Virus record (IMG/VR): IMGVR_UViG_3300049306_000006
Coordinates: 1-64,000 of that record
Reading direction: 5' to 3' (one strand)
Source: a virus
Taxonomy: Duplodnaviria; Caudoviricetes
Length of the DNA: 64,000 nucleotides
In this document: positions 8,866-18,442 of the stretch, in pieces
Layout: each line of letters begins with the position of its first letter
How positions within the stretch are numbered: position 1 is the first letter of the stretch
Made by a program: the position numbers and the translations under genes
Notes under the pieces: generated by a model
What the model saw: the letters and a program-made list of their open reading frames with translations, nothing else
Databases searched by the model: none
Told to the model about the DNA's origin: nothing

Positions 8866-10683
8866 TTAGTTCTGCTCAGCGGCCAAGCTGGCGCGCAGCT
8901 CAGCGAGAGAGACCTCCTGTAGGCGCCAGCCCTCCCACCGGCGAACTCCCGACTTGCAGTCGGTAAACCCGTGATTGGCGCGCAGCTCCGCGTTGAAGCC
9001 CCGCAGTCCGAGCTGTTCTACCCTGTCGTAGCGATCGCCGTAGACCTTGCACCAGCTGGTGTACGTGCTGTACAGCGTCTCCTGAGGCACGTACGTGCTG
9101 GCCGTCCCGTAGGCGCGCTCGTCCTGAGGCACCCACGTCAGCCGCCCCGAGTCCCTGGCCCAGCGCAGAAAGTCACCGAGGTGGTAGAGCTCGTCCGTCA
9201 CGTCGGACGTAGTTTCCGCTCCCGTCAGACCGGTTGCCCTGGCCGCTTGCGGCGCGCCGGAAGCGCTGAAGGCGGCCTCGACGTCGGCCGTCCCGTCGCG
9301 CCTGGCCTCGACGAACCCGCGCACCAGCAGCGCCAGCAGCCACTCGGCGACGACCCGGTCTCTGACGAAGCGCTCCTTGATCTCGGTATCCTCTAGGGAC
9401 TTGGGTAGCGTCTGGTCCATGCGCGGAACCAGCAGCCGCCGGCGCGTCGCCTCGTCGGCGCCGACGATTCGCGGCAGCTCGTTCGCGTAGACGACCGGCA
9501 GGCACACCGGCGTCTGCTCGACGAAGACGTCCGAGCGCATCGCGCGCTGCGGATCCTGGTCACCTCCCGTGAACTGTTTGATCCGGCTGGCGTGCAGCTC
9601 CCACCTGCGCGAGGCCTCCGGCAGGAAGACCAGGCGCTTGCCGTACAACCGGATCACGTCCGGGCGCGGCCTGTCACCCTTGCTCTGGTAGAAGATCGAC
9701 GCCGGGCTGGTGGCCGCGTAGCGGCCCAGCAGCCGTGACAGCGCGGCCACGAGCTGCGTCTTGCCGCTGGTGGTACCGCCGCGCAGGATGACGAAGTACC
9801 GGTGCGGGTTGCCCGCCGCCAGCGCGTGGCCGAGCAGCTTGAAGATCAGCTCTAGCTTGCCCGGCTCCGGCAGGAAGGTCTCGACGAACTGCTTGGCCAG
9901 CTCCGGCGGTGACTCTAGGATCTCCGGCCGCCAGGCGGCCGCCGCGACGCTGTGACACATGTCGTCCAGCTCGCGTCGCCGACACGTGACGTCCCAGCCC
10001 GTCCCGTCCTCTTGACCCAGCTCTAGGACACGCCCGTCGCCGACGGCGACCAGGTTCTTCCGGTCGTCGAAGTCCGTCACACCGCCGACGCGCAGCCCGT
10101 AGCGGTCCGTGCCGATGATCGCGGCGGCCGCCCGCCCGCGCAGCGTGTCCGAGCGCCTGGCCCACGCGCGCAGCGCCGTCGCTCGCTCGCGCAGGCGAAC
10201 CGCCTCGTCACACGAGGCACCGCTGGCTGCGCCGCTGGCTGCGCCGCTGTCTGTCTCCGCCTCTACGACCTGCGCGTCACGCTCCAGGACGTCGGCCCGC
10301 TCGTAGAGCTCAGCTATGACCTGGTCCGCGGCGCGCGCCACGACGCCCGTCCGGTCCCTGTCCCATAGGTTAGTCTCGTCCGCGACGTAGTACGTCCTGT
10401 TTCCGCGCTCGTCCACGTGAGCCAGGACGCGGTGCCCGAAGCGCAGCGCGAACCTGTCGCCGTTGCCGCCGTCCGTGTCGCGCAGCTGCTCACAGGTCTT
10501 GGCGCGCAGCGCAGCCAGGTTCTGGCGCGCCGCTCGCGCCGAGACGCAGGCCAGCTCCACCGGTCCGAGCTGACCCTCGCCGTAGTCGTCAGCTTGGCCG
10601 TCGCTCCCGTCGTCACGCTCACTACCGCCGACGACCCGGTCCTGGTCCGTGAGCTCTCGGCTCGTGAACGGCTCGCCGGTCAC
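8866..10683 (-). CDS. D5/P4-family SF3 helicase (primase-associated)
   Basis: D5_N-like region (GNGDRFALRF...WDRD), Walker A GGTTSGKT, Walker B LVFLPE, IKQFTGGD, RRRL. Confidence 0.85.
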   Translation of the reverse strand: MTGEPFTSRELTDQDRVVGGSERDDGSDGQADDYGEGQLGPVELACVSARAARQNLAALRAKTCEQLRDTDGGNGDRFALRFGHRVLAHVDERGNRTYYVADETNLWDRDRTGVVARAADQVIAELYERADVLERDAQVVEAETDSGAASGAASGASCDEAVRLRERATALRAWARRSDTLRGRAAAAIIGTDRYGLRVGGVTDFDDRKNLVAVGDGRVLELGQEDGTGWDVTCRRRELDDMCHSVAAAAWRPEILESPPELAKQFVETFLPEPGKLELIFKLLGHALAAGNPHRYFVILRGGTTSGKTQLVAALSRLLGRYAATSPASIFYQSKGDRPRPDVIRLYGKRLVFLPEASRRWELHASRIKQFTGGDQDPQRAMRSDVFVEQTPVCLPVVYANELPRIVGADEATRRRLLVPRMDQTLPKSLEDTEIKERFVRDRVVAEWLLALLVRGFVEARRDGTADVEAAFSASGAPQAARATGLTGAETTSDVTDELYHLGDFLRWARDSGRLTWVPQDERAYGTASTYVPQETLYSTYTSWCKVYGDRYDRVEQLGLRGFNAELRANHGFTDCKSGVRRWEGWRLQEVSLAELRASLAAEQN

Positions 10684-11795
10684 CTGACGCCTCCCCGTGC
10701 CTCGACGGCTGTCTTAGCTGTCGTCGTAGTTCGTGACTCGAGGCGCGTACCGAGCGTCTCGCTCACCCCGGCGGCGTCTAGCTTGTACGCGCGCGCCGAA
10801 GCGATCGTGGCCGTGGCCGCGGCGCGCTGGCGCTCGTCCCAGGGCTCGGCGGCCCCCAGGACGAGCTCCTCCACCTGAGCCGGAGCCAGCCCGAGCGCGA
10901 ACAGGTCACACGAGACCTCGAAGATCGTCGAGTTCCAGCCCCCCACCCGGTTGGCCAGCCTGACCAGCTCGGCCAGCGTGGCCAGGTACCGGCCGAACAG
11001 GCCCGAGTCTCGCTGGCTGACCGGGGTAAAGCGCCAGCCGGCCGCGTCGCGCAGCCGGCGCCGCTGGCGCTCCAGCTCGCTGCGCTGGCCGGCGCCGAGC
11101 GGCCGCCGCAGCCGGTCCAGTCGGCCGATCGCCTCGTACAGCCAGTCCGGCACCGGCGCGAGCGCCAGGTCTCGCGCCGCGCGGTAGCCGGGCGTCGGCG
11201 GCGCCGCGACCCAGGAGTTGGCCGAGCTGACGACGTCGATCCGCCACTCGTGCCGGTGGTGCCTGTTGCGCGGCCGCGGACGTCCTGTCAGGTCGTAGTA
11301 CAGGTGAACGCCGCCGGACTTGGTAGCCACGCAGTACGTCGCCAGCTCCGCTGGGTCGTGACCGAGCTCTCGCGCCAGCGCCACCAGGTCGTCTATCCCC
11401 CGCCTGGCGACGGGCTGGCTCACGCTGACCAGGTTCGGGTTGTCCGAGTGAACGACCAGCTCGCCGGCGTACGACTTGACGTCACAGTCCAGGACGACGA
11501 CGTCGTTCAGCGCCGGGATGAACGCCACGTCTAGGCCCTGGACCTCGACGGTCGCCAGCCACTCCTCCCAGGCTAGCCGGTAGCCCCGCCAGTAGCGCGG
11601 GTTGCGCTGGCGCGAGACCAGCGGCGCCCGCGGCCTGGTCTGTGTCCGGCGCGAGACGGCGAACTGGTACCACTTTTCGCTCCAGCCGGCGGGCCTGGCA
11701 CGCAGCTCGGCGGACAGCTCTAGCTTGTGATCGTAGGGACCTGGTACAGTAGTCAATATGTGATCCTTACTTGTGAAAAGTAGTGTGATCATCAC
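10680..11795 (-). CDS. bifunctional DNA primase/polymerase (Prim-Pol)
   Basis: VVLDCD, TKSGGVHLYY, IDV...WVAAPP motifs; true start probably TTG near 11757. Confidence 0.8.
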   Translation of the reverse strand: MMITLLFTSKDHILTTVPGPYDHKLELSAELRARPAGWSEKWYQFAVSRRTQTRPRAPLVSRQRNPRYWRGYRLAWEEWLATVEVQGLDVAFIPALNDVVVLDCDVKSYAGELVVHSDNPNLVSVSQPVARRGIDDLVALARELGHDPAELATYCVATKSGGVHLYYDLTGRPRPRNRHHRHEWRIDVVSSANSWVAAPPTPGYRAARDLALAPVPDWLYEAIGRLDRLRRPLGAGQRSELERQRRRLRDAAGWRFTPVSQRDSGLFGRYLATLAELVRLANRVGGWNSTIFEVSCDLFALGLAPAQVEELVLGAAEPWDERQRAAATATIASARAYKLDAAGVSETLGTRLESRTTTTAKTAVEARGGVR

Positions 11796-11923
11796 CGTGA
11801 GCGGTGCTGCGTGGCCCTCTTACTGTGAAGCTGTTAGCGAAGCCGACCGGCCGGTCACCGGTCCGCTGGAACCAGACGACGAGGGACCGTCCCCTGGCCG
11901 GGTACGGTCCCTTCGTCTGTGCG

Positions 11924-12199
11924 CTAGCCGTCGCCGGTCACGTCGCTGTCCCCGGCTCCGGCTTCGGCTACCGCGACGTAGTCCTCGTAGCGAACGCCGA
12001 CCGAGGCCAGGCGCAGGTCCGCCTGTAGGCGAGCGCTGTCCGCCCGCAGGCGGGCGCGAACCGCCGCCAGCCGCCGGATCTCGGCCAGGGTCTCGGCCTC
12101 GCGCTCGGTGTTACCCCAGCGCTTGAAGCTGCCGGCGGCCGCGGCCAGCCGACGCATCCGGACGGTCAGCTCGGCGTCGGTCACCGTCGTTACGGTCAC
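11924..12199 (-). CDS. hypothetical protein
   Basis: GGGAG RBS; TAAGAT -10 element at about 12241-12246. Confidence 0.55.
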   Translation of the reverse strand: MTVTTVTDAELTVRMRRLAAAAGSFKRWGNTEREAETLAEIRRLAAVRARLRADSARLQADLRLASVGVRYEDYVAVAEAGAGDSDVTGDG

Positions 12200-12404
12200 G
12201 TGTAAGCTCCCAACACAAGTTAATACTTAACGTTAACTAATCTTACAACACCTCACCCGGCTCCGGCTACCTCAGCGAGCGTGCCCGGTTACCGGTGGGC
12301 TCGTCGTCGGCTACAGTAGACCTACGAGGAACACCGCGCACCGCGAGACACCGCGAGACACCACGTAACGCATCACACCTGAGCGAGAAGAGAGGAAGTC
12401 GACC

Positions 12405-12854
12405 TTGTCTAGTCAGACAGCTCTTACCTATGAAGACGTCCGCCTGGAGGGCCGCGACGGCGAGCCGCACAGCTTCACCGGCGTGCTGCTCGGGCGCAGC
12501 ACGAGCCGCGCGGACCACCACGCGCACCCCGGCGACTTCGCGGACCGCGGCGAGAAGTGCTCCGCCTGCCGCTGGTTCGAGGTCGCGCTGTACCGGCGAC
12601 GTGCGCGGACCGCGGACGCACCGACGACGTACGACTACGTCGTTCACACCGTCGGCGGCACCGTGGTTCCCGGCGAGAGCCGGCGTAGCCGCGTCTCGTA
12701 CACGCCGTCCGCGTACGACGTCATCGAGATCCTAACCGTTCGGCCGCGCGACGGCCAGCCGTTCATCGCGCAGCAGTCCGCCCGCGTCCTGGCGCTGGCC
12801 GCCGCGCTGGACGACGACGTTCACGACGCTTACGTGAATAGGGCCATAGTATAG
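12405..12854 (+). CDS. hypothetical protein (CSACRW)
   Basis: GAGAGGA RBS; first gene of the rightward arm. Confidence 0.7.
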   Translation: MSSQTALTYEDVRLEGRDGEPHSFTGVLLGRSTSRADHHAHPGDFADRGEKCSACRWFEVALYRRRARTADAPTTYDYVVHTVGGTVVPGESRRSRVSYTPSAYDVIEILTVRPRDGQPFIAQQSARVLALAAALDDDVHDAYVNRAIV

Positions 12855-12881
12855 TATGATCACTGAGAGAGGAGAGAAGCT

Positions 12882-13151
12882 GTGAAGCTAGCTGAACTGC
12901 ACGCCGGCGCGCTGGTCGAAGCGAGCGTAGTCCGGCTGAACGGCTGCCGCTGGGACGAAGTCATAGAACGTGATCACGCACAACGTTATGACATTCACGT
13001 AGGATGGCATTCCTTCGTACCGCCCACCGACGCTCAGCGCCTGGCTCGCGCGCGTGAACGCCGGGCGTTGCGTCGCTACGCCGAAGCGCTAGCCGCGGGC
13101 TTGTCCGAGGCCGAAGCGTGCGAGGACGGCTGGCCGAGGGGAGAGCTGTGA
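12882..13151 (+). CDS. hypothetical protein
   Basis: TATGAT -10 element and GAGGAG RBS. Confidence 0.6.
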   Translation: MKLAELHAGALVEASVVRLNGCRWDEVIERDHAQRYDIHVGWHSFVPPTDAQRLARARERRALRRYAEALAAGLSEAEACEDGWPRGEL

Positions 13152-13375
13152 CCTTCACCGAGTTCATCAACGAGACGGCGTGGCTCGGCTACGTCCTGGG
13201 CAGCGTTCTCGTCGTCCTAGGCGTAGTCGTCGTGGCGACGCTGCTGACGCGCGACCGGGTAGACGACGGCTACCGCTGGCTCGGCGACGAGGCCGAGCCC
13301 GTCGAGCGGCGCTCACCGTTCGCACCCGTCCGGCCGGCTGAGCTGACCGAGACGTGTGAGCGGCGGCCGACGTGA
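13148..13375 (+). CDS. small membrane protein
   Basis: GTG coupled start; hydrophobic LGYVLGSVLVVLGVVVVATLL. Confidence 0.6.
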   Translation: MTFTEFINETAWLGYVLGSVLVVLGVVVVATLLTRDRVDDGYRWLGDEAEPVERRSPFAPVRPAELTETCERRPT

Positions 13376-13779
13376 GCCGCGCGGACAACTCCTGGGCGGC
13401 GCGTCGTAGCCGGCTGGCGGACTACCGGGTACCGCTCGTGAGCGAGACGGTGCTGGAGTACGCCTACGCCATGGGAGGTCGCGTGTGTGACCTACCGGCT
13501 CCGTACCTGGACGCCGTCGCCGAGGCCAACCGGCGGACGTACCCGACGAGCGTCAACCGCCGAGTCGCCGACCTGATGGCCGGACGCCGGTTCGCCGGCT
13601 CGCTTCACCCCCTGCTCGCCGGGCTGACCTACGCCGAGGTGCGGAAGTTCTACGCGCTGCGTGACCGGACCCAGTGCGAGCGCTACCGCCGGGCGCGCGG
13701 CCAGCTGCCGCGCGCCGAGTGGCTGGCTCGCCGGCGTGCGAGCGCCGAGAGCGCGCGTACCGTCACCGCGCACACGTGA
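13372..13779 (+). CDS. hypothetical protein
   Basis: GTGA coupling. Confidence 0.6.
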   Translation: MSRADNSWAARRSRLADYRVPLVSETVLEYAYAMGGRVCDLPAPYLDAVAEANRRTYPTSVNRRVADLMAGRRFAGSLHPLLAGLTYAEVRKFYALRDRTQCERYRRARGQLPRAEWLARRRASAESARTVTAHT

Positions 13780-13833
13780 TATAGTAGGTAGCGCTGAGGT
13801 ACAACCCTTCGTAACACACGAGGAGAACGACTG

Positions 13834-14070
13834 GTGATCGACTTAACGAGCGTCGAGTGGCGCAAGAGCAGCCGCTCCGGCGCCTACGGAGACAACTGCG
13901 TCGAGGTAGCTTTCGCCGACGACGACGGCGGCGGTTTCACCGCTGCCGTCGGCGAACGTACCGTCTTGGTTCGTGACTCGAAGAGTCCCGGCGGACCGGT
14001 GCTGACCTTCACCGCCGGCGAGTGGAACGCCTTCGTCGCCGGCGCGCGTGACGGCGAGTTCGACCTGTAG
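13834..14070 (+). CDS. DUF397 protein (copy 1)
   Basis: WRKSSRS..NCVEVA...VRDSK...LTFTAGEWNAFVAG signature; GAGGAG RBS. Confidence 0.9.
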   Translation: MIDLTSVEWRKSSRSGAYGDNCVEVAFADDDGGGFTAAVGERTVLVRDSKSPGGPVLTFTAGEWNAFVAGARDGEFDL

Positions 14071-14074
14071 CTCG

Positions 14075-14340
14075 CTTAGGACCGCGACGGCGTCAACCCC
14101 GGCTCCACCTATACCTTCACCGGGGAAGGACGGCCAAGACTCGAGCGTGAGGGCTCGACAGTCGTACCTGCGCCGTCGCGGCTCTAGCGTGACAGCTGTG
14201 TAGACAAACCGCACAGAGCGCACAGACTGCGCCGAACAACGACGAACAACGACGAACAAACTACACGCTAGACGCCAGAGTGGTGTACGCGGAACGAAGC
14301 CGCTGGACCGCCCACGCCGAGGTGGTAACCCAGTTCAAAA
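14075..14340 (+). ncRNA. candidate structured non-coding RNA
   Basis: Nested perfect stems 14082-92/14171-81, 14097-102/14120-25, 14141-46/14153-58 and 14183-91/14264-72; no credible ORF; strand inferred from flanking genes. Confidence 0.5.
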
Positions 14341-14358
14341 AACACAGAGGAGAGACGA

Positions 14359-14685
14359 GTGAAACTAGTAAAACCGCTCGAGACCGCTCGAGCGTCCGCG
14401 CAGTCCCTGCGCGAGACCGTCGACTCGTGGCTGCACGGCTTACTCAAGCACATGGCAGCGGCGCGCGCCGCGGACGAGCGCGTCCAACGGCGGCTCGGTC
14501 AGGTTCGAGTCCTGTACCAGAACCTGACCGAGGAGCAGCTGCGTGCCAAGGTCAAGGTCGACTACGACCTTAACGACGCGCTCAGCGAGTACCGACAGCA
14601 CTGCAGCGAGGTCCAGCGCTACTCGAACGCGATTCAGGCGCTGGCCGCGGGACACGAGCTTCTGACCGAGCTGAGCGAGCGCTAG
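14359..14685 (+). CDS. hypothetical coiled-coil protein
   Basis: GAGGAG RBS. Confidence 0.7.
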   Translation: MKLVKPLETARASAQSLRETVDSWLHGLLKHMAAARAADERVQRRLGQVRVLYQNLTEEQLRAKVKVDYDLNDALSEYRQHCSEVQRYSNAIQALAAGHELLTELSER

Positions 14686-14792
14686 CTCGGCGTCGACTTG
14701 CACGAGCGACTGACCTCGTTGTAGGATCACAGACAAGAGCCGCGTGACGCTAGCGCGAGAGACGAAGAGCAGAGAGTGAGAAGTGATGATTC

Positions 14793-15755
14793 ATGAGTGA
14801 CCAGAAGTGGCAGGACAACTTTAAGCTACGCTGCCAGGCCGTCGGCTGGCGCGTCGAGACGTCCAAGTCGAACCACAACAAGGTGTTCAGCCGGTCCGGC
14901 CAGCTGCTGCTGACGTACTCCGGGACGCCGAGCGACCGGCGTACGATGCTAAACGTGCTGGGACAGGCCAAGCGCGCCGGCCTCGAGCAGCTCGAGGCCG
15001 ACCAGAGGCTGGCCGCCGAGCGTGACAGGCTGACACGCATCGAGGTCGACAGGACGTCCAACGGTCACGTCGAGAGCCGGGTGACACCTCCCGTGTTCGT
15101 CGCGCCGGTCACCTCCGACGCGGCGCCGTTTCCCGCGACGGCCGAGCCGCGGAGCGAGCTCGGCCTAGGTCAGGTCGACGGCGTCGCGATCGTCGCCGTC
15201 GCACCCGCCAAGACGCAGACTCCAGTCATGGCGCAGCCGGCTCCGCTGGCTAACGCCGAGGAGCTGCTGCTGGCCGACGGTCGTGTGCTGTACCGGTGCC
15301 TCAAGCCGCAGCCGCTAACGGGTAACCCCTGTCACCGAACCTTCGAGACGGTCAACAGCGTGCGAGCCCACATTATTCACCACGCTCGTACCGCGGGGTC
15401 GCTGCGAGACCGAGACGTCGAGCCGGTGAAGCCGGTGAAGACAACGAAGGTTGCGAAGCCCGTAAAACCAGTGAAGCCTAGGGAGAAGAGCTCAGTGACA
15501 ACCACCGCCTCACCCGTGTCCGCGTCCGGCGAGCCGCCGACAGAGAGTCCCGCGAGCGACCGGGCGAGCGTCACGCAGCTCCAGCGGCGCGTGACGGCGA
15601 TCACCGAAGCGCTCGAGCTCATCTCGAACGGCGTGCGAGCCGTCTCACAAGAGGTGTCCGAGATCCAGTGTGAGCTCAACGAGCTCCAGGTGACCAGCGC
15701 CGAGACGCTGCGCAAGGCTGAGCAGTTCGACAACCTGAAGGCTATGCTGAGCTAG
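14793..15755 (+). CDS. HicA-like N-terminal domain + C2H2-like zinc finger + coiled coil
   Basis: GWRVETSKSNHNKV...GTPSDRRTMLN..KRAG (actinophage HicA-like); RCLK...CHRTFETVNSVRAHIIHH. Confidence 0.6.
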   Translation: MSDQKWQDNFKLRCQAVGWRVETSKSNHNKVFSRSGQLLLTYSGTPSDRRTMLNVLGQAKRAGLEQLEADQRLAAERDRLTRIEVDRTSNGHVESRVTPPVFVAPVTSDAAPFPATAEPRSELGLGQVDGVAIVAVAPAKTQTPVMAQPAPLANAEELLLADGRVLYRCLKPQPLTGNPCHRTFETVNSVRAHIIHHARTAGSLRDRDVEPVKPVKTTKVAKPVKPVKPREKSSVTTTASPVSASGEPPTESPASDRASVTQLQRRVTAITEALELISNGVRAVSQEVSEIQCELNELQVTSAETLRKAEQFDNLKAMLS

Positions 15756-15805
15756 GGCCGCGAGCGCCCCGCGAGCGTCCCGTAGACGTGTACGCTAGTT
15801 TCTAC

Positions 15806-15843
15806 GCGCGATCGAGCGCAGCCTTCCCCGCGCTCGATCGCGC
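15806..15843 (+). terminator. 14-bp perfect hairpin, probable terminator
   Basis: GCGCGATCGAGCGC-N10-GCGCTCGATCGCGC after the HicA-like gene. Confidence 0.6.
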
Positions 15844-15894
15844 ACGTAAGACCTAATCGTTCACCTGAGACACAGCGAGAAAGAGAAGAAAACC

Positions 15895-16533
15895 GTGACC
15901 GTAGCTGGTGTGGCCGTCGTTGCTCCTCTCACCGAGGACAGCGGCGGCCTCTTTTTTCTCGACGACCGCGACGCAGCGGTCATCGAGGCGCGTGAGAGCG
16001 CGCCGAACTCGTGGGACGTTCCGACAGCCCTCTTCGACGTCCTCAGCGAGAGTGACGAGCCCGACCGGAGCGAGCCGGTGCTCGGAACGGACGTCGCGGT
16101 CCGCTCCGTCACCCTCGCTCAAGCTAGTCGCCAGACGCCGCGCGTCCGACGGCGTCAGCGGCTCTCTGACGCGCTCTCGCGGGCCAGAGCCGCCTGGCGC
16201 GGGTTTGTTACCACGCTGCGCGACTCCTGGGCCTGGCTGACCGCTGAGACGCTGACCGAGGTACGCCGGCGTCGTCACGTCGGTCGTCACCGCCTAGCGC
16301 CGACGGGCCTGCACCGGACGACACGCACCGTCCTCGGCCGTGAGCGCTCCAGCGCCGAGTTCGCTCACGCGGCCGCGCTGCGCGCCCGCGAGCCGCGCGA
16401 CGAGGAGGGTGACTTAGTCTTTCGCGACGGCGACACGTTCGTGTCGTGGGTCGCGCTGGCGCTCGAGTCCGCGCGCCGGCTGGGTGAGGCGCGCCACCCG
16501 CCGGCACCCAGCCACCGCTTTCTCTGTTCATAA
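15895..16533 (+). CDS. hypothetical protein
   Basis: Purine-rich RBS; long ORF in operon direction. Confidence 0.55.
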   Translation: MTVAGVAVVAPLTEDSGGLFFLDDRDAAVIEARESAPNSWDVPTALFDVLSESDEPDRSEPVLGTDVAVRSVTLAQASRQTPRVRRRQRLSDALSRARAAWRGFVTTLRDSWAWLTAETLTEVRRRRHVGRHRLAPTGLHRTTRTVLGRERSSAEFAHAAALRAREPRDEEGDLVFRDGDTFVSWVALALESARRLGEARHPPAPSHRFLCS

Positions 16534-16559
16534 GCTGCGAACGGAACGGAGCTCAGGTC

Positions 16560-17648
16560 GTGTTATGTATCATCGATGGTCCGGACGGTACCGGCAAGTC
16601 GACGCTCGTCGCCGAGCTCAGCGCGTCGCTGCGCGAGCGCGAGCCCGCCGCTGAGGTCAGCGTAATCCACTGTAAGAGACCGACCGGTCACCCGCTGGAC
16701 GAGTACCTGACGCCGCTGCTGGACTACCGACCGGGAGCGGGTAAGCACCTGCTCTTCGACAGGTGGGCGTGGGGTGAGTACGTCTACCCGCACCTGTACG
16801 GCCGCGTGACGCAGCTCGACGAGCCAATCCTGTGGTACCTGAACCAGTACGTTCGCCGACTGGGCGGAGTCGTCGTCTCGACGAGGCTGCCGCGTGACGA
16901 CGTCGAGCGCGTCTACCGCCAGCGCGGCGAGTCCGAGCTGCTGGCGGACTACGCGCGGACGCTCGAGCTGTTCGCCGAGGTGGCTGCCGCCTCGCCGGTG
17001 CCACAAGTGACCTATGACTGGAGCGACGAGGTGAACCAGCGAACGCGGGGAAGTCTCACGGATCTGCTGGACCTGGCGCGCCGGTGTGAGCAGACCGTGA
17101 CTCCCCTAGCTAAGTACGTGACGCTGGTCGGAGCGACTCGGCCGAGCTACCTGCTGCTCGGTGACGTTCGTCACAAGGTCGACCGCGTGACGCAGCTGGT
17201 GACACGGACGGACCGCCGTCCCGCCTTCGTGCCGTACCGCCAGACGTCGGGGCACTGGCTGCTCGAGACGTTCGTCACTGACCCCGAGCTGCGTTCCGGC
17301 GTCGCGCTGGCCAACGCTTGCGACGTCGACGACGTCTACCAGCTGTGGCGTGACCTCGGTAAGCCGCGGACCGTCACGCTCGGCCGCAACGCTCACCGTG
17401 AGGTGGCGGCGTACGCCGAGCTGCGACACGGACAAGCTTCCCACCCGCAGTATATGAAACGGTTCCACAACAAGGAGCGTGACGTCTACCGCGCCGCGTT
17501 GCTGGAGGCCCTCGAGACGAACGGAGACTGTTCACGGTGGTTGAAGTCTACGCGACCTACGGCGCCGACGCCTACCCAGAGGTCATCAACTTGGTCCGTC
17601 GCCGAGGTGAGTCCTGTGACTCACGTAACGGTCCCGTCTACGACCTAG
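16560..17648 (+). CDS. dNMP (thymidylate-type) kinase fused to a UDG-superfamily-like domain
   Basis: IIDGPDGTGKST P-loop and FDRWAWGEYVY; C-terminal LLLGD, TVTLGRNA and SHPQY resemble UDG-fold motifs. Confidence 0.75.
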   Translation: MLCIIDGPDGTGKSTLVAELSASLREREPAAEVSVIHCKRPTGHPLDEYLTPLLDYRPGAGKHLLFDRWAWGEYVYPHLYGRVTQLDEPILWYLNQYVRRLGGVVVSTRLPRDDVERVYRQRGESELLADYARTLELFAEVAAASPVPQVTYDWSDEVNQRTRGSLTDLLDLARRCEQTVTPLAKYVTLVGATRPSYLLLGDVRHKVDRVTQLVTRTDRRPAFVPYRQTSGHWLLETFVTDPELRSGVALANACDVDDVYQLWRDLGKPRTVTLGRNAHREVAAYAELRHGQASHPQYMKRFHNKERDVYRAALLEALETNGDCSRWLKSTRPTAPTPTQRSSTWSVAEVSPVTHVTVPSTT

Positions 17649-18442
17649 CTAACCTGACGATCGAGCTCGAGTCGCCGCTGAACGCGCTGCCGTTGGGCTG
17701 CGGACGCAAGCTCAGCCCGCGCATCGCCGCGGCTGAGGCGCTCCAGCTAGTCGGTGGCTTCTCCGATCCCGCGTGGCTGTGCCGCATCGCGCCGCAGTTC
17801 AAGCGCTTTCGCGAGGACTTCAACGTCGACATCTCACCGTCACCTGACCGACCTTCTCGTCTCGAGCCAGTGCCGTGGTTTCACGGCGCCTACGGCAACC
17901 GAATCACGCGCTGGCCGCAGCTCGAGACGGTCGTTCGCCGGCTGCGCGAGTCGCCGAGCACGCGCCAGGCCGTCGTGACCCTGTGGGACCCGGCGCTCGA
18001 CGCGGTCAGTGACGACCACCTGGACTACCCGTGCACCGTGGCGCTGAACTTCCGGCGCACCGGCAAGCACCGCCAGAAGCTGAGCCTGCAAGTCCTAATG
18101 AGGAGCAACGACTGCTGGCTCGGGCTCCCCTACGACATTAATATGTTCACACAGCTCCAGCTGACGCTCTGCAACGTCCTGGCGCTGGAGCCCGGCACGT
18201 ACACTCACACCGCGTGGTCGGCGCACCTCTACCACGCTAACCTGGACGCCTCGTATGACGTGACGGACAACGCCGTGACGCGAACTGTGCGTCTCGATCA
18301 CGTGACGGGCGTCGGCCGCGAGTACGACACGCTCGCTGAGGTACGCCAGCGAGCCCACGCTCTGGCGCTGGAGCCCGAGAAGCTGACAGATCCGACGGAG
18401 AGCGAGAAGTGGTACCTTGACGTCCTCAGCTCGACACGTTGA
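17537..18442 (+). CDS. thymidylate synthase family, probable dCMP hydroxymethylase/methylase
   Basis: GAYGNR, RQAV, catalytic DYPCT, MRSNDCWLGLPYD (Asp at the base-specificity position), SAHLY. Confidence 0.8.
   Translation: MVEVYATYGADAYPEVINLVRRRGESCDSRNGPVYDLANLTIELESPLNALPLGCGRKLSPRIAAAEALQLVGGFSDPAWLCRIAPQFKRFREDFNVDISPSPDRPSRLEPVPWFHGAYGNRITRWPQLETVVRRLRESPSTRQAVVTLWDPALDAVSDDHLDYPCTVALNFRRTGKHRQKLSLQVLMRSNDCWLGLPYDINMFTQLQLTLCNVLALEPGTYTHTAWSAHLYHANLDASYDVTDNAVTRTVRLDHVTGVGREYDTLAEVRQRAHALALEPEKLTDPTESEKWYLDVLSSTR

Noticed and set aside
8454-8966. ORFs 8454..8660 (-) and 8694..8966 (+)
   Set aside because: They overlay the iteron/AT-rich tract, have atypical composition and lack a convincing RBS
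14233-14259. CGAACAACGA repeats as a mini CRISPR array
   Set aside because: Contiguous 10-mers with no spacers
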